Notes under the pieces: model-generated
The model's database searches: none
What the model was told of the DNA's origin: nothing
Seen by the model: only the letters and a program-made list of their open reading frames with translations
Part shown: positions 20,122 through 30,562 of the stretch, piece by piece
Layout: each line of letters begins with the position of its first letter
How positions within the stretch are numbered: position 1 is the first letter of the stretch
Source of the DNA: Candidatus Terraquivivens tengchongensis
GTDB lineage: Archaea; Thermoproteota; Nitrososphaeria_A; Caldarchaeales; Wolframiiraptoraceae
Reading direction: 5' to 3'
Length of the DNA: 64,000 bases
Assembly: GCA_023261845.1 (NCBI GenBank)
Contig: JALNJZ010000004.1
Coordinates: 73,003-137,002 of the forward strand
Translations under genes and position numbers: made by a program

Positions 20122-20529
20122 ATGTCCAGAGGTGGCGTAGCCAGAGTCAGCATCTCAATACCGCCTGATCTGTTGAAAGAGCTGGATGATATGCTCAAGA
20201 AAATCGGCTACGATAGGTCAAAAGCCATACGGATAGCGATAAGGAACTTCCTGACAGATTATAAGTGGACGCAAGAATCTGGTGACGTTGCTGGTGCATT
20301 GATACTATTATATGATCATAAGAGCAGGGGCATAGAGGAATCTCTGACAGACATACAACACGAGCATGGTGGCATAATCACATCCACGATGCATGTGCAC
20401 CTTGACAAGGAAAACTGCCTAGAGATAATTGCAGTGAAGGGGGGCTCGAGGAGTATAAAGGAGCTTGCGGAGCGCATGATGAAGGAAAAGGGCGTAAAGC
20501 AGCTCAAGCTTGCCGTTGTCACCAAGTAA
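20122..20529 (+). CDS. nikR: NikR-family ribbon-helix-helix regulator
   Basis: RVSISIP, DRSKAIR, YDH, QH, HVHL...CLE metal-site residues. Confidence 0.85.
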   Translation: MSRGGVARVSISIPPDLLKELDDMLKKIGYDRSKAIRIAIRNFLTDYKWTQESGDVAGALILLYDHKSRGIEESLTDIQHEHGGIITSTMHVHLDKENCLEIIAVKGGSRSIKELAERMMKEKGVKQLKLAVVTK

Positions 20530-20553
20530 CCTTCAAGCGCGTAAGATAATGGT

Positions 20554-21525
20554 TTAGGTCAACTGTTTTATGATACCCTCTGCTACGTCGAATGCCTTTT
20601 TCATGATATGTTCCGGCAACTTTCCAGCGGCGCACGCCTCCCTTGGTTCGTCTTGGTCTATAATGCTCGGCTCCTTACCGAAGGGCCTAACAACATCTAC
20701 GCCTAAGTCCACGTACCTGACGTAAGTGTCGTACATCTCTACTGGCGTGCATATATTGTAATACTCACCTTTTAGGCTACCGTTTAAGGAGTAGTATTTT
20801 GTGACCGTGTACATGCACCCCTTCTTGAGTTCCGTTATGGCGTAATCTCCCGGCGACTTCGGCACGTTAAGACCGTCGTAGACGCCACCTCCGAGGATCA
20901 GCCTTCGAACCTTAACGACGCCGTCCCCTCTCCATATGACCTTAGCCGGGCCCATGATGATGTTTCTCCCGTTCAGCTTCGAGTGGACGATGTGTATAAC
21001 ACTACCCAACCTAGGCGTCAACGTTGACACGTATTCTTTGAACATCACGTAAACCTTCTCCGGTTGGAGCAAGCCCTCCTCGAGCAACTGCTCTGCGAAT
21101 GAAACCATCAACGAAAGACTCTCGCTACCAGCCCTGCAAAAATGGTGCCATGGTACGGTATACGTTACCTCGCTCCTGAGGGCGTCAAGCTCCAGTTTCG
21201 CATCCAATGAGAACGCCGCGATGAGCTGAACATTCTCCTGGGAACCTTCTAATTGCCTTGCTTTGCCGACGAGTATTGTGGATGGAACACCCTTTTTCAA
21301 CATTTCGACAAAGTCCTCCACGTGTTCTCTCCTTCCCAAGATCTTAACGGCGTGCTTATCTTGTGTGTCACTCACTATCACGTCGGGCGATTCTGTAGAC
21401 CATGTCCCAAATCTTTCTTTTTGAGATGTTGTGGGTGAGGATATTTCGTGCCCATTCTTTAAAACAAGCCTTAGTAGCGCGGTAGAATATATTCCCCTAA
21501 CCATAACTTTCAATAATCCACTCAC
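20554..21525 (-). CDS. FAU-1/DUF402 family RNA-binding protein (probable ribonuclease)
   Basis: VRGIYSTAL N-terminus; GVYDGL, YYNICTPVE, YVDLGVDVV. Confidence 0.8.
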   Translation of the reverse strand: MSGLLKVMVRGIYSTALLRLVLKNGHEISSPTTSQKERFGTWSTESPDVIVSDTQDKHAVKILGRREHVEDFVEMLKKGVPSTILVGKARQLEGSQENVQLIAAFSLDAKLELDALRSEVTYTVPWHHFCRAGSESLSLMVSFAEQLLEEGLLQPEKVYVMFKEYVSTLTPRLGSVIHIVHSKLNGRNIIMGPAKVIWRGDGVVKVRRLILGGGVYDGLNVPKSPGDYAITELKKGCMYTVTKYYSLNGSLKGEYYNICTPVEMYDTYVRYVDLGVDVVRPFGKEPSIIDQDEPREACAAGKLPEHIMKKAFDVAEGIIKQLT

Positions 21526-21595
21526 CGTTAGAGGGTGATAGAAACAACCCTAACATATGCTGATGTTTTGGTAATTGTTGATACTTGCTGGCACA

Positions 21596-21886
21596 TCATT
21601 GTTGGGCAGCCCTTATTGTCTCCAACAAAGACATCGCCATCCAGAGCTGCGTCCTAGTGAAGGGCGGCATGTTTGGGTCTGAGATTATCTCGTCAATTAT
21701 CTCGATCGCATTCGCCGCCCTTACAGCAGGTATGAACCTTTCGTCGAAAAGAGTGTCGCTTGCAGATTTTGCCGCCCTCCTTATGTTCCTAGGAGTGCTT
21801 GTGTCGTTTGCTATGGCCTCGAGTATCTGAACTATTTGCTGTCTTTTCTCTTCCCATGATTGCTTAGATTCTGACATCCGGAACAA
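21596..21886 (-). CDS. UPF0147 family protein
   Basis: DTSTPRNIRRAA, DPNMP..TRT..W. Confidence 0.9.
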   Translation of the reverse strand: MFRMSESKQSWEEKRQQIVQILEAIANDTSTPRNIRRAAKSASDTLFDERFIPAVRAANAIEIIDEIISDPNMPPFTRTQLWMAMSLLETIRAAQQ

Positions 21887-21966
21887 CCACCCCTCTTCAA
21901 TTTAGGTATAAGTTTTCCGCTTCCCCTTGAGTGGGGAGCGGCATTTAAGAATTTCTCAGGGCCCGC

Positions 21967-23886
21967 CTACGTTAGGCCTATCTTCTTCGCGTATTCTGTT
22001 AACCCCAACTCAGCGAGCTTCTCTAGCTTAGGTTTGCCTTCCTTTGTCCATCCCCTTATGCTGTAAAATTCATCCAACATTTGATCGAATTTTCCCCTAT
22101 CTACGACCTCACCCTTTGACGCACCGAAGGCTAGCGGATCTTTGTACATTCTCTCTGGGAGATAATCGTCCTTCCTTGTCAAACCTTCTCTGATGTTGTA
22201 GAGCCTGATAATGTTGTTAATTCTTTCTCCTATCCTCCTAAGCTCTGCCGCGTTTATACCCGCTCCGGTAGCCATGTTGTAGATGGTCGTCACACCCTCC
22301 CATAACATCGGGCCGATTGTCGGTAAGGAGTAAAACTTACACATTATCATGCTATCGATGACTGCGTAAAAGTCCTCCTGCTCTGCGACGTACTCGGCAT
22401 GACCGTCGTAGGACAACCTGTCAACTGTAACATCTGGTTTGAACGGATGCTTCCCTGTCAGGTTCGGCCTGTAGGCCACGTGCCTTAGATGGCACGCACC
22501 CCTTTGTGAGACGGCATAAGCAAGGGCGACACCCTTCAAACCTCTTGGATCGTATCCCGGGAACTCCAACCCTTTCACATGGACAGCCAGTTCAGGAACG
22601 CCTAAAATTTCTGCGGCACGTCTTACACCCTCAGCAAGTATCTTTCCAAGACCTCTCTTGAACGCTATAACCTCAACCGCCCTAACGAGCGAGTCACCGT
22701 CACCGAACTTCAAGCCTATGTCGTTCTCTTTTAGAAGACCCCGTTCAGCTAAGTACATAGCGAAACTCACAACGTTCCCGAGTGTTATCGTGTCAAGTCC
22801 ATACAGGTTTGCAAGCTCGTTGGCCGCTGCAACCGCAGCTAAGTCGTCGATTCCACATAACGGGCTTAGCGCGTATAGGGTTTCGTACTCGGGCCCTTCC
22901 AAGACTATAGTTTTCCCTTTATAATCAACAACACTATGCCTACCACAAGCTACTGGGCATGCAAAGCAAGTTATGTGCTTCTTCACTATAGTACTGTTCA
23001 TAGTCTCTGGTCCGACTTTTTCATAACCATCAAAACTTCCGCCTTGATAGTATCTGGTCGATAAGGAACCCGTGTTTTGTGTAAAGGCCATTATGCCCGA
23101 TGTGCCGTATTTTGCGAGCGCAGTTAATGTGTTTCTTGCTTTGTTCGATACTTCCCTCCTTAACTCTTCGTACGCCTTCTCATCAGCTGGAGCGACCTCA
23201 AGTGTACCTTTTATTACGATGGCCTTCAGCTTCTTGCTTCCCATGACAGCACCGCCTCCAGTCCTACCGAAGAAACCACCTCTCAAGCCCTTAACGCTGT
23301 GCTGGTATATGCCGTGGACTATACATGCAAACTTGACCAAATTCTCGCCTGCTTGACCTATGACGGCTGTCTGGACTTTATCGCCGTGTTCCTTCCAAAG
23401 AGCCTTCTCGGCTTCTAATGTGTTCAGACCCCAAATGCCAGATGCATCACGTATTTGGACTTCGCCGTCCTCAACATAAAGATAGACTGGCTTGCTCGAC
23501 GCACCTTTTACCACGATAGCGTCAAGCCCAGCTTTAGCCATCTCGGTGCCGATGTAACCGCCACAGTAACTCTCGCCGAATAAGTTAGTGAGCGGCGACT
23601 TAAAGCACAACGTCATCCTAGCGGCGCTCGAGAGGGCAAGACCCTCTATCGGTCCAACAGAGAAGACAAGAACGTTGTCTGGTGAAAGCGGATCTATCTT
23701 AGGTTCCGTGTTGTCGAATAAGAGCTTCGCACCTAAACCCTTTCCACCTATGAAATTTCTATAGACATCCTTACCAGGGTCGAAATATTTCACGGAACCA
23801 TCAGATAAATCAACAAAGCACACCCTATGCCAATATCCTGATTCTCTAATACTAGGTTTCATCACAAATACCAGCAAAACAGACAT
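21967..23886 (-). CDS. aor: Tungsten aldehyde:ferredoxin oxidoreductase family protein
   Basis: KSPLT, GRTGGGAVMGSKKLKAI, CFACPVAC, GPEYET, GLDTI, VKGLE..YDPR, RGACH. Confidence 0.92.
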   Translation of the reverse strand: MSVLLVFVMKPSIRESGYWHRVCFVDLSDGSVKYFDPGKDVYRNFIGGKGLGAKLLFDNTEPKIDPLSPDNVLVFSVGPIEGLALSSAARMTLCFKSPLTNLFGESYCGGYIGTEMAKAGLDAIVVKGASSKPVYLYVEDGEVQIRDASGIWGLNTLEAEKALWKEHGDKVQTAVIGQAGENLVKFACIVHGIYQHSVKGLRGGFFGRTGGGAVMGSKKLKAIVIKGTLEVAPADEKAYEELRREVSNKARNTLTALAKYGTSGIMAFTQNTGSLSTRYYQGGSFDGYEKVGPETMNSTIVKKHITCFACPVACGRHSVVDYKGKTIVLEGPEYETLYALSPLCGIDDLAAVAAANELANLYGLDTITLGNVVSFAMYLAERGLLKENDIGLKFGDGDSLVRAVEVIAFKRGLGKILAEGVRRAAEILGVPELAVHVKGLEFPGYDPRGLKGVALAYAVSQRGACHLRHVAYRPNLTGKHPFKPDVTVDRLSYDGHAEYVAEQEDFYAVIDSMIMCKFYSLPTIGPMLWEGVTTIYNMATGAGINAAELRRIGERINNIIRLYNIREGLTRKDDYLPERMYKDPLAFGASKGEVVDRGKFDQMLDEFYSIRGWTKEGKPKLEKLAELGLTEYAKKIGLT

Positions 23887-24013
23887 TTAAAAAAGTTTAG
23901 TTTTCTTATCAATGCTTCATACAACAATCAGCAATACGCTACTTAGAGCCTCTTAGACGTAAACCGCAAGCTTATTTAATGAAGAATACTTCATAAAGAA
24001 TGGTGATAGAAGA

Positions 24014-24652
24014 TTGTCACTAAAGCCTCCAAAGAGAGTGGCGCTTCGTAATCCATCCTTGAAGGGTACAATGTCTGTCGAGGAGGCAATATCTTGGCGT
24101 AGGTCCGAGAGAAGATACTCACCGAGTAAGCTTACGCTCGAGCATGTTTCGCAACTGATGTGGTGCGCCCAAGGTATAACGGATCATAGGAGCATGCTAA
24201 GGGCCGTACCATCCGCGGGCGCAACTTATCCGCTTGAGATTTATGCTGTCGTGAAGGATGGTGGCGTAGAAGGACTGGAGGCTGGTGTGTACCATTACCG
24301 ACCGGAAGACCATTCTCTAGAACTGATTAGAAGCGGCGACCTCAACGAGGAACTAGCATCAGCCTGCCTTGGACAAAGTTGGGTAAGAGATGCTCCGCTC
24401 AACATCGTCATAACCGCAATATATGCTAGGACAACGAGAAGATACGGGACGAGGGGGGAGAGGTATGTGCATATGGAGGTCGGGCATGCAGGCCAGAACA
24501 TATACCTCCAGGCTACGGCCATGGGCTTAGGAACTGTTGCCGTTGGAGCGTTTTACGACGACAGAGTCAAAGAAGTTTTGGGAGTGTCCGGAGAAGAGAG
24601 ACCGCTGTACGTTATGCCCATTGGCATATCCGTCAGGAAAAGAGTTGTTTGA
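24014..24652 (+). CDS. SagB/ThcOx-type nitroreductase family protein
   Basis: RRSER, PSAGATYPLE, EVGHAGQNIYL, GAFYDD. Confidence 0.9.
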   Translation: MSLKPPKRVALRNPSLKGTMSVEEAISWRRSERRYSPSKLTLEHVSQLMWCAQGITDHRSMLRAVPSAGATYPLEIYAVVKDGGVEGLEAGVYHYRPEDHSLELIRSGDLNEELASACLGQSWVRDAPLNIVITAIYARTTRRYGTRGERYVHMEVGHAGQNIYLQATAMGLGTVAVGAFYDDRVKEVLGVSGEERPLYVMPIGISVRKRVV

Positions 24653-24710
24653 GGTTAAGCATCCTGAATAATCCTTTATAATATCTATAGTAGTTTCTGC
24701 CATAGCAAAA

Positions 24711-27458
24711 ATGGAAGGCAACAAGCCTATGGTCGAAAATTGGCACTCGATGAGCGTCAAAGAGGTCATGGCTAGGCTTAGGACCGACCCGGAGAGGGGA
24801 CTAACTAGCGACGAAGCAATCAACAGGCTCTCTACGTTCGGTCCGAACGAGATCGAAAAACCGAAGAAGGTCTCAGGTCTAAAGATATTCATCAGACAAT
24901 TTAAGAACGTCTTGATTTTGTTACTGCTTGTTGCCACGGTCATATCTGCAATCTTAGGTGAACTTGTTGAGTCCATACTAATATTCATAATAGTGATGGC
25001 AGCAACCATCTTAGGATTCGTCCAGGAGCTAAGGGCAGAGAAGGCGCTTGAAGCTCTGAAGAAAATGCTGAGCCCGAGGATCAACGTCATCCGGGACGGA
25101 AAAGTTGTCAACATAGCGACTAAGGAGATTGTTCCTGGCGACGTTATGCTCCTCGAGGCGGGCGACAAGATACCTGCTGATGCACGGCTCATTTACGTCG
25201 CTAACCTGCAAGTTAACGAGGCATCCCTTACTGGTGAATCCGTACCGGTTTTGAAGCAGGTTGAGCCCTCGCCCGTGGATGCAAGCATTAGTGATAGACG
25301 CTGCATGGTGTTTGCAGGTACAACTGTTACTTACGGTAAGGGCAAGTGCGTAGTCGTTGCTACGGGAATGAATACAGAGCTCGGTAAGATAGCCAGAACT
25401 GTGGCTACGATCGAAAAGGAGGAGACACCACTCGAGAGGAAGACGAAGGAAATAGGCAACTTCCTCGTTAGGGTCGTAATAATCGTAATAAGCTTGATAG
25501 CTATTGCAGGCATCCTCGAGGAGCTGTTTCTGTACGGCAATCTGACCGTTGATTTCGTCGTCGAGATGATGGTATTCGCTGTAGCCCTAGCGGTGGCAGC
25601 GGTTCCGGAGGCATTACCGGCGATCGTTACGGGCACGCTGGCTATAGGCATGTATGTGATGGCTAAGCACAATGCCTTAATCAGGAGGATGTCAGCCGTG
25701 GAGACGCTCGGTTGCACACAGGTCATATGCTCCGACAAGACTGGGACGCTCACTAAGGGTGAGATGACAGTTGTGCAGCTCTTTGTTTCAGGAAGAAACA
25801 TCAAGGTCTCGGGCACAGGTTACGAGCCAAAAGGAGGGTTCTTCGAGGATGGGAAGATCATAGAACCCGATGGGTCAATCCATCTGCTCCTTAAGGCAGG
25901 TTCACTTTGTAACGATGCGCAGCTCGTGAATACCAACGGAGGATGGAGCGTGATAGGAGATCCGACAGAGGGTGCACTCATAGTCGTTGCCAGAAAGGCT
26001 GGAATAGACGAGCTAGAACTCAGGAAGGCAAACCCAAGAGTCTTCGAGGTACCATTCAGCTCGGAGAGAAAGAAGATGACGACTGTCCACAAGACGCCGG
26101 ACGGGTCTTTGGTTGCATACATGAAGGGAGCTGTCGAGGTAGTTCTAGATTCTTGCGATAGGATTCTCCTGAACGGAGAGGAGGTACAGCTATCGGATGA
26201 GTTGAGGTCGGATGTACTTGCGATAAACGACGAGATGGCAGCAAACGGTCTCAGGGTGTTGGCTATAGCATATAGAAGTAGTGTTGACTGTGAGGAATAT
26301 ACAGATGCCGAAAAGCTCGAGAGGAATTTCATACTGATCGGCCTATTCGGCATGATGGACCCGCCAAGAGAAGATGCCATAGAGGCCATCAGGGTGTGCA
26401 AGCAGGTTCAGATAAAACCCGTGATGATTACTGGTGATCATAAGCAGACGGCCGTGGCCATCGCAAAAAGCATGAAGATCTACGAGGAAGGGGACATCGT
26501 GCTAACTGGTCAGGAGTTGGAGAAGATAGACGATGCCGAGCTTAGCAAGGTGTGCGAGAAGGTCACAGTTTATGCGAGGGTTTCTCCGCTAGACAAGCTG
26601 AAGATAGTTAAGGCATGGAAGCGAAGGGGAAAAATCGTCGCGATGACTGGTGACGGTGTGAACGACGCACCAGCGTTGAAGCAGGCCGACATAGGCGTCG
26701 CCATGGGAATAACGGGGACTGAAGTCTCGAAGGAAGCGGCCGACATGGTCCTGTCCGATGACAACTTCGCTACAATCGTGAAGGCTATAGAGCTGGGCAG
26801 ATGGATATACGACAACATCAAGAAGTTCCTGCTCTACCTACTCGAGAGCAACATAGTTGAGGTAGCGGTCATAGCCATACTCGTGCTCTTAGGGTTTCCG
26901 CTCCCTCTGCTACCAGTCCACATACTGTACATAAACTTGGCAACCGATGGTCTCCCTGCGATCGCTCTCGGCTTAGCGCCGCCAGAGCCTGGACTCATGA
27001 ATCGACCACCGAGAGATCCGAAGGAATCCGCATTCTCGCGTGAAATTAAGTTTCTGTTAGGCTTAATAACTTCCATTCATACGCCGTTCTTTGTTTGGAT
27101 CTTCTTCTCGAACATAGGCAGGGGTATCGACGTTGCTAGGACTATTCTCTTCCTATCCTTCGTCATCGTTGAGCTTTCTCTTGCGTTGAACCTTTGCTCG
27201 ATAAGGTACCCAATAACTAAAGTCAAGCCACATAAGTGGTTATTGCTTGCTGTACTATGGGAAGTTTTCATGTTGTGTATGATAGTCAGCTTGGAAGGTC
27301 TAAGAAACGTCTTTCAGCTAGTGCCGCTATCGTCCCAAGATCTTATTACGTTAGCGTTTGTAGCGCTCATACCATTTGTCGAGTTTGAATTGATAAAGCG
27401 TATAGCACCAGACCTCCTAATACCAGAATCTGAGTTGAAGTTTCAAAAAATAAGTTAA
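24711..27458 (+). CDS. P-type cation (Ca2+-like, type IIA) ATPase
   Basis: TGES, VPEALP, DKTGTLT, KGA, MITGD, GDGVNDAPAL. Confidence 0.95.
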   Translation: MEGNKPMVENWHSMSVKEVMARLRTDPERGLTSDEAINRLSTFGPNEIEKPKKVSGLKIFIRQFKNVLILLLLVATVISAILGELVESILIFIIVMAATILGFVQELRAEKALEALKKMLSPRINVIRDGKVVNIATKEIVPGDVMLLEAGDKIPADARLIYVANLQVNEASLTGESVPVLKQVEPSPVDASISDRRCMVFAGTTVTYGKGKCVVVATGMNTELGKIARTVATIEKEETPLERKTKEIGNFLVRVVIIVISLIAIAGILEELFLYGNLTVDFVVEMMVFAVALAVAAVPEALPAIVTGTLAIGMYVMAKHNALIRRMSAVETLGCTQVICSDKTGTLTKGEMTVVQLFVSGRNIKVSGTGYEPKGGFFEDGKIIEPDGSIHLLLKAGSLCNDAQLVNTNGGWSVIGDPTEGALIVVARKAGIDELELRKANPRVFEVPFSSERKKMTTVHKTPDGSLVAYMKGAVEVVLDSCDRILLNGEEVQLSDELRSDVLAINDEMAANGLRVLAIAYRSSVDCEEYTDAEKLERNFILIGLFGMMDPPREDAIEAIRVCKQVQIKPVMITGDHKQTAVAIAKSMKIYEEGDIVLTGQELEKIDDAELSKVCEKVTVYARVSPLDKLKIVKAWKRRGKIVAMTGDGVNDAPALKQADIGVAMGITGTEVSKEAADMVLSDDNFATIVKAIELGRWIYDNIKKFLLYLLESNIVEVAVIAILVLLGFPLPLLPVHILYINLATDGLPAIALGLAPPEPGLMNRPPRDPKESAFSREIKFLLGLITSIHTPFFVWIFFSNIGRGIDVARTILFLSFVIVELSLALNLCSIRYPITKVKPHKWLLLAVLWEVFMLCMIVSLEGLRNVFQLVPLSSQDLITLAFVALIPFVEFELIKRIAPDLLIPESELKFQKIS

Positions 27459-27485
27459 ATACGTGATAGTAGCACTCGTAACATC

Positions 27486-28088
27486 ATGGAGAAAAATGTA
27501 AAATTCATGGTCGAGGCATATAAGGATGAGTACATTGATTCGTGCCTCTACAAAAACATGGCCGCATACGTTAAGGATGAGGTTAAGAGACAGACCTTCG
27601 ATGAGTTGTCCAAGGTAGAGAGGACGCACGCAAATTTTTGGTATGATTTTTTGGAGAGTATGGGAATAACGCCAAGCATAAGTCTGAGCTCTAGGTTGAA
27701 GTTGTTCTTCATGATTCTGTTCACGAGGCTTCTTGGATACAAGCTAACCATAAGGCTCTTTGAGGCGGGCGAGCTAGCCGCGATAAAGAAGTATTCAGAG
27801 CTATATAGGTCTGCAGACCTTACCAAGGATGTTCGAGAACAACTTGGAAAAATAATCTACGATGAGATATCACATGAAGAATACTTGATGTCTGAAGTGC
27901 TAAAGATTAAAACGATGTTTGAACGTGTGAGGGATGCGTTGTACGGTATGGTGGATGCGCTTGTCGAGGTTCTTGCGGTCGTGGTTGGCTTGGCGAGCGT
28001 AATTCGAGAACCTGTAGTTGTGGCTTTGGCAGGAATAATAGCCGGTTCTGCTGGGACTTTCTCCATGGCACTTCATCCATACAACTAG
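27486..28088 (+). pseudogene. Ferritin-like/rubrerythrin-VIT1(CCC1) fusion protein, 3'-truncated
   Basis: ExxH pairs, then VIT1 start RDALYGMVDALV...AGTFSMA; homology ends at ~28070 and the remaining TM helices are absent. Confidence 0.75.
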
Positions 28089-28269
28089 CACAACCCAAGG
28101 TCAGGGTTAGCGTACTCTTACCGTAGCCAGTCGGAAGTAAAAAAATACAAAACGTTGGTAAATTATTATGTAAAAATTCATCAACTACCTTTAGGGGCTT
28201 ATGTATGAGTGTTCTTGCCCGCCAAGAAAGAGCGCCACATATGTTCAAGTACAACTCATGTAATGTCAC
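28071..28269 (-). pseudogene. cas3: Cas3' helicase N-terminal stump
   Basis: Overlaps cas5 stop; LPTGYGKST Walker A typical of type I-A Cas3'; breaks after ~66 codons and runs into the antisense of the VIT1 gene. Confidence 0.75.
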
Positions 28270-29056
28270 GTGAGATCACCATAACGTTTTCACCATCGGT
28301 GTATGCCAGACCCTTACTTGACAGTCTGAGTTCAATGACATCGCTTTCGATAAAACCACGTACTTTCCCTGGAATTATATAACGGACTGGTTTTGGTTTC
28401 TTAGCGCCGAATTCATCATCCCAAAACTCTACCTCATCGTAGTTATGGTTCTCAATCGATTCTTTAGCTTCTGAAGGAAAGTAATACGAAGTTTTGACAA
28501 CGTCCTGTTTAACAAGCCATGAATCGTTAAGCTTAACATCCTCGACACTTACTATGCTCTCCTTTGAACCTATCCGAGTGATGCTCCAAGCACTACGAAT
28601 TAAAGATTGTTTCCAGCCATCGCCTAAAATCGACTTTACCTTGTCTTCGTCTATCAAGTAAAGCGCATGAAACGCTCTATGAGGCGCAAGCACTTTTCCA
28701 GACGGAATTGCGCCAAACCTATACTCCATCAACGCTCTTCTTGCAGGTTTTTGGAAGTGAAGCACGATGTAACGATTGATATCCAGCCATTCGCTAGCGA
28801 CTTCATTGTGTTCATATTCGAATCTACATGAAGCAGCCTTTATGAAATTCATCAAAAATGCTGAGGATGTTAGATTGAGTTTTCTCCTCTTCATGGACGT
28901 GTATATTGTTTCGGAGTTATCCATGAGTCCCTTTAAAAGAGCTCCTTTGAGTGTATTAGGAGGTGGTAGCGCAAACGCTGGTTGACCCTTGCTAGAAAAC
29001 GGATGTTTAACAGAGTAGCCCCAATGAAACCTCGCTCGTATATGAAGAAGCATCAT
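28256..29056 (-). CDS. cas5: Type I-A CRISPR-associated Cas5
   Basis: FHWGYSV, LPPPNTLKGAL, ITRIGSKESIVSV. Confidence 0.9.
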   Translation of the reverse strand: MMLLHIRARFHWGYSVKHPFSSKGQPAFALPPPNTLKGALLKGLMDNSETIYTSMKRRKLNLTSSAFLMNFIKAASCRFEYEHNEVASEWLDINRYIVLHFQKPARRALMEYRFGAIPSGKVLAPHRAFHALYLIDEDKVKSILGDGWKQSLIRSAWSITRIGSKESIVSVEDVKLNDSWLVKQDVVKTSYYFPSEAKESIENHNYDEVEFWDDEFGAKKPKPVRYIIPGKVRGFIESDVIELRLSSKGLAYTDGENVMVISRDIT

Positions 29057-29061
29057 CTTCT

Positions 29062-30135
29062 TCAGCCGGACATTTCTTGGTCCACTAACTTAGCTACTTC
29101 CAGTAAAGCCTCCTCTAGGCTACTTCCTAGTTTAAGTGTGACATTATCGTAGGTCTCCTCAGCTATGTCCTTGTCTTCTTTTGTTACCGCAAATATGCTG
29201 ACTTTTTCCTCTATACCATGTCTCGATAAAGCTTCAGTCATCTTCTTTGCTCGTTCCACAGAATCCCTTACATGAGTCCAATAGTTTCCAGGCGAAGCTA
29301 CGAAATCCGACATTCTTGACAAAGTTATGACTGCCGACCTGACGTCGATTATCGGATGGAAACGGCTTTTCTTTGCTCCAAATGACAGGTTTGTAAACAA
29401 TAGCGTAAGGGCATCAATCGCAAGCTTAATTCTTGGGATTCTTTGTTTCATGAGTTCTTCCTCCCTATTTACCTTGCCTTTAGGGACGGGCATGCCCTTC
29501 TCATCAAGCAAAGGTGTGGAGGGCATGGCTATACCATCTACATCTAAGTTGAACGTTAAAGTATACAGCGCAGAACCTACTTCGACATTATAGGGAATCA
29601 TCGGACGTGCTTGACCCGCTTCTTTCTCCTTCTCGACCTGGCTCAGGGCCATTCTGACATGGAATTGACTTTCGAGACCTATAGCATGGGAAGAATCTAG
29701 AGCTGGAATCATATAACTTGCTTGGAATCTAGAAGTTCTTCTTACAGGTATTTTGCCTGCATATAAGAACCCACCTATGTCTGCTACAACATCGTGTAGG
29801 AGCACATCTACCTCGAACCTTCTTGCATCTCTCTGATCTTCTGGCCGCTTAATACCTTCTAAGTAACTGTCATCCGCATACTTTATGAACTCTTTCGCTG
29901 CAGTTAGCGTACCGACTGGAAGACCATACTTTGGAGCAAGGTCTACTAATATGCTTTGGTACTCGTGGGCTATAGTTTCACCTGAAACCGCTGGGACGTA
30001 CCTTATTACATACTGACCGTCATCTTGTTTGACGACTATTGGCGCGGTCCTATGTCTAGAGAGATTTCCAACACTTTCGACCATGTTAAGCGCTTCAGCG
30101 TTTACCAGAAGCCTTAAGGAAAGACTAAGAAACAT
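29062..30135 (-). CDS. cas7: Type I-A Cas7/Csa2 (ORF track start 30171; likely ATG 30135)
   Basis: NAEALNMVESVGNLSRHR, VPAVSGE..AH.YQ, DIGGFL, RRTSRF, FGAKKSRF. Confidence 0.93.
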   Translation of the reverse strand: MFLSLSLRLLVNAEALNMVESVGNLSRHRTAPIVVKQDDGQYVIRYVPAVSGETIAHEYQSILVDLAPKYGLPVGTLTAAKEFIKYADDSYLEGIKRPEDQRDARRFEVDVLLHDVVADIGGFLYAGKIPVRRTSRFQASYMIPALDSSHAIGLESQFHVRMALSQVEKEKEAGQARPMIPYNVEVGSALYTLTFNLDVDGIAMPSTPLLDEKGMPVPKGKVNREEELMKQRIPRIKLAIDALTLLFTNLSFGAKKSRFHPIIDVRSAVITLSRMSDFVASPGNYWTHVRDSVERAKKMTEALSRHGIEEKVSIFAVTKEDKDIAEETYDNVTLKLGSSLEEALLEVAKLVDQEMSG

Positions 30136-30136
30136 A

Positions 30137-30517
30137 CTAACCACCTTCCTCCTTAAGCAACACATCCACAATCTTATAGGTGGCCTTAGCGGCGACCCGT
30201 CTGGCTAAAAGCAAGTCTTTCGTAGCCTCCTCCACGAAGTTATCCAGCTCACTATAGGAGGCAAGCTTCCCGGGAATTCGAAGCAACCTATCCTCCCTAT
30301 CTTTTACTTCGGTATAAGGCCTACCTGCTTCTTCGCAGACCCTTACTCTATCCTTTATAACGGTAAGAATTCGCGCAACCTCATAAGTGGCCTTTGCCAC
30401 GACCTCGCCGCTCATGGCGTTGGCTAACCTATCCACGGTAGAATAGCTTCCCGTGGCTGCAACAACTGCTGCGAATGCAACAGCAACACCATCAAACTTA
30501 GAGCTGATTGAACTCAT
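30137..30517 (-). CDS. csa5: Type I-A small subunit Csa5 (Cas11)
   Basis: 126 aa directly upstream of cas7; YSTVDRLANA...ATYEVAR pattern. Confidence 0.75.
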   Translation of the reverse strand: MSSISSKFDGVAVAFAAVVAATGSYSTVDRLANAMSGEVVAKATYEVARILTVIKDRVRVCEEAGRPYTEVKDREDRLLRIPGKLASYSELDNFVEEATKDLLLARRVAAKATYKIVDVLLKEEGG

Positions 30518-30562
30518 ATGTTGTCAATAGTTCGATTTCCGCATATAAGCTTAACTAAGAAT

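Noticed and set aside
21917-21941. GC-rich hairpin between aor and the UPF0147 gene as an ncRNA
   Set aside because: A single 9-bp stem with no other support; could be a terminator or chance
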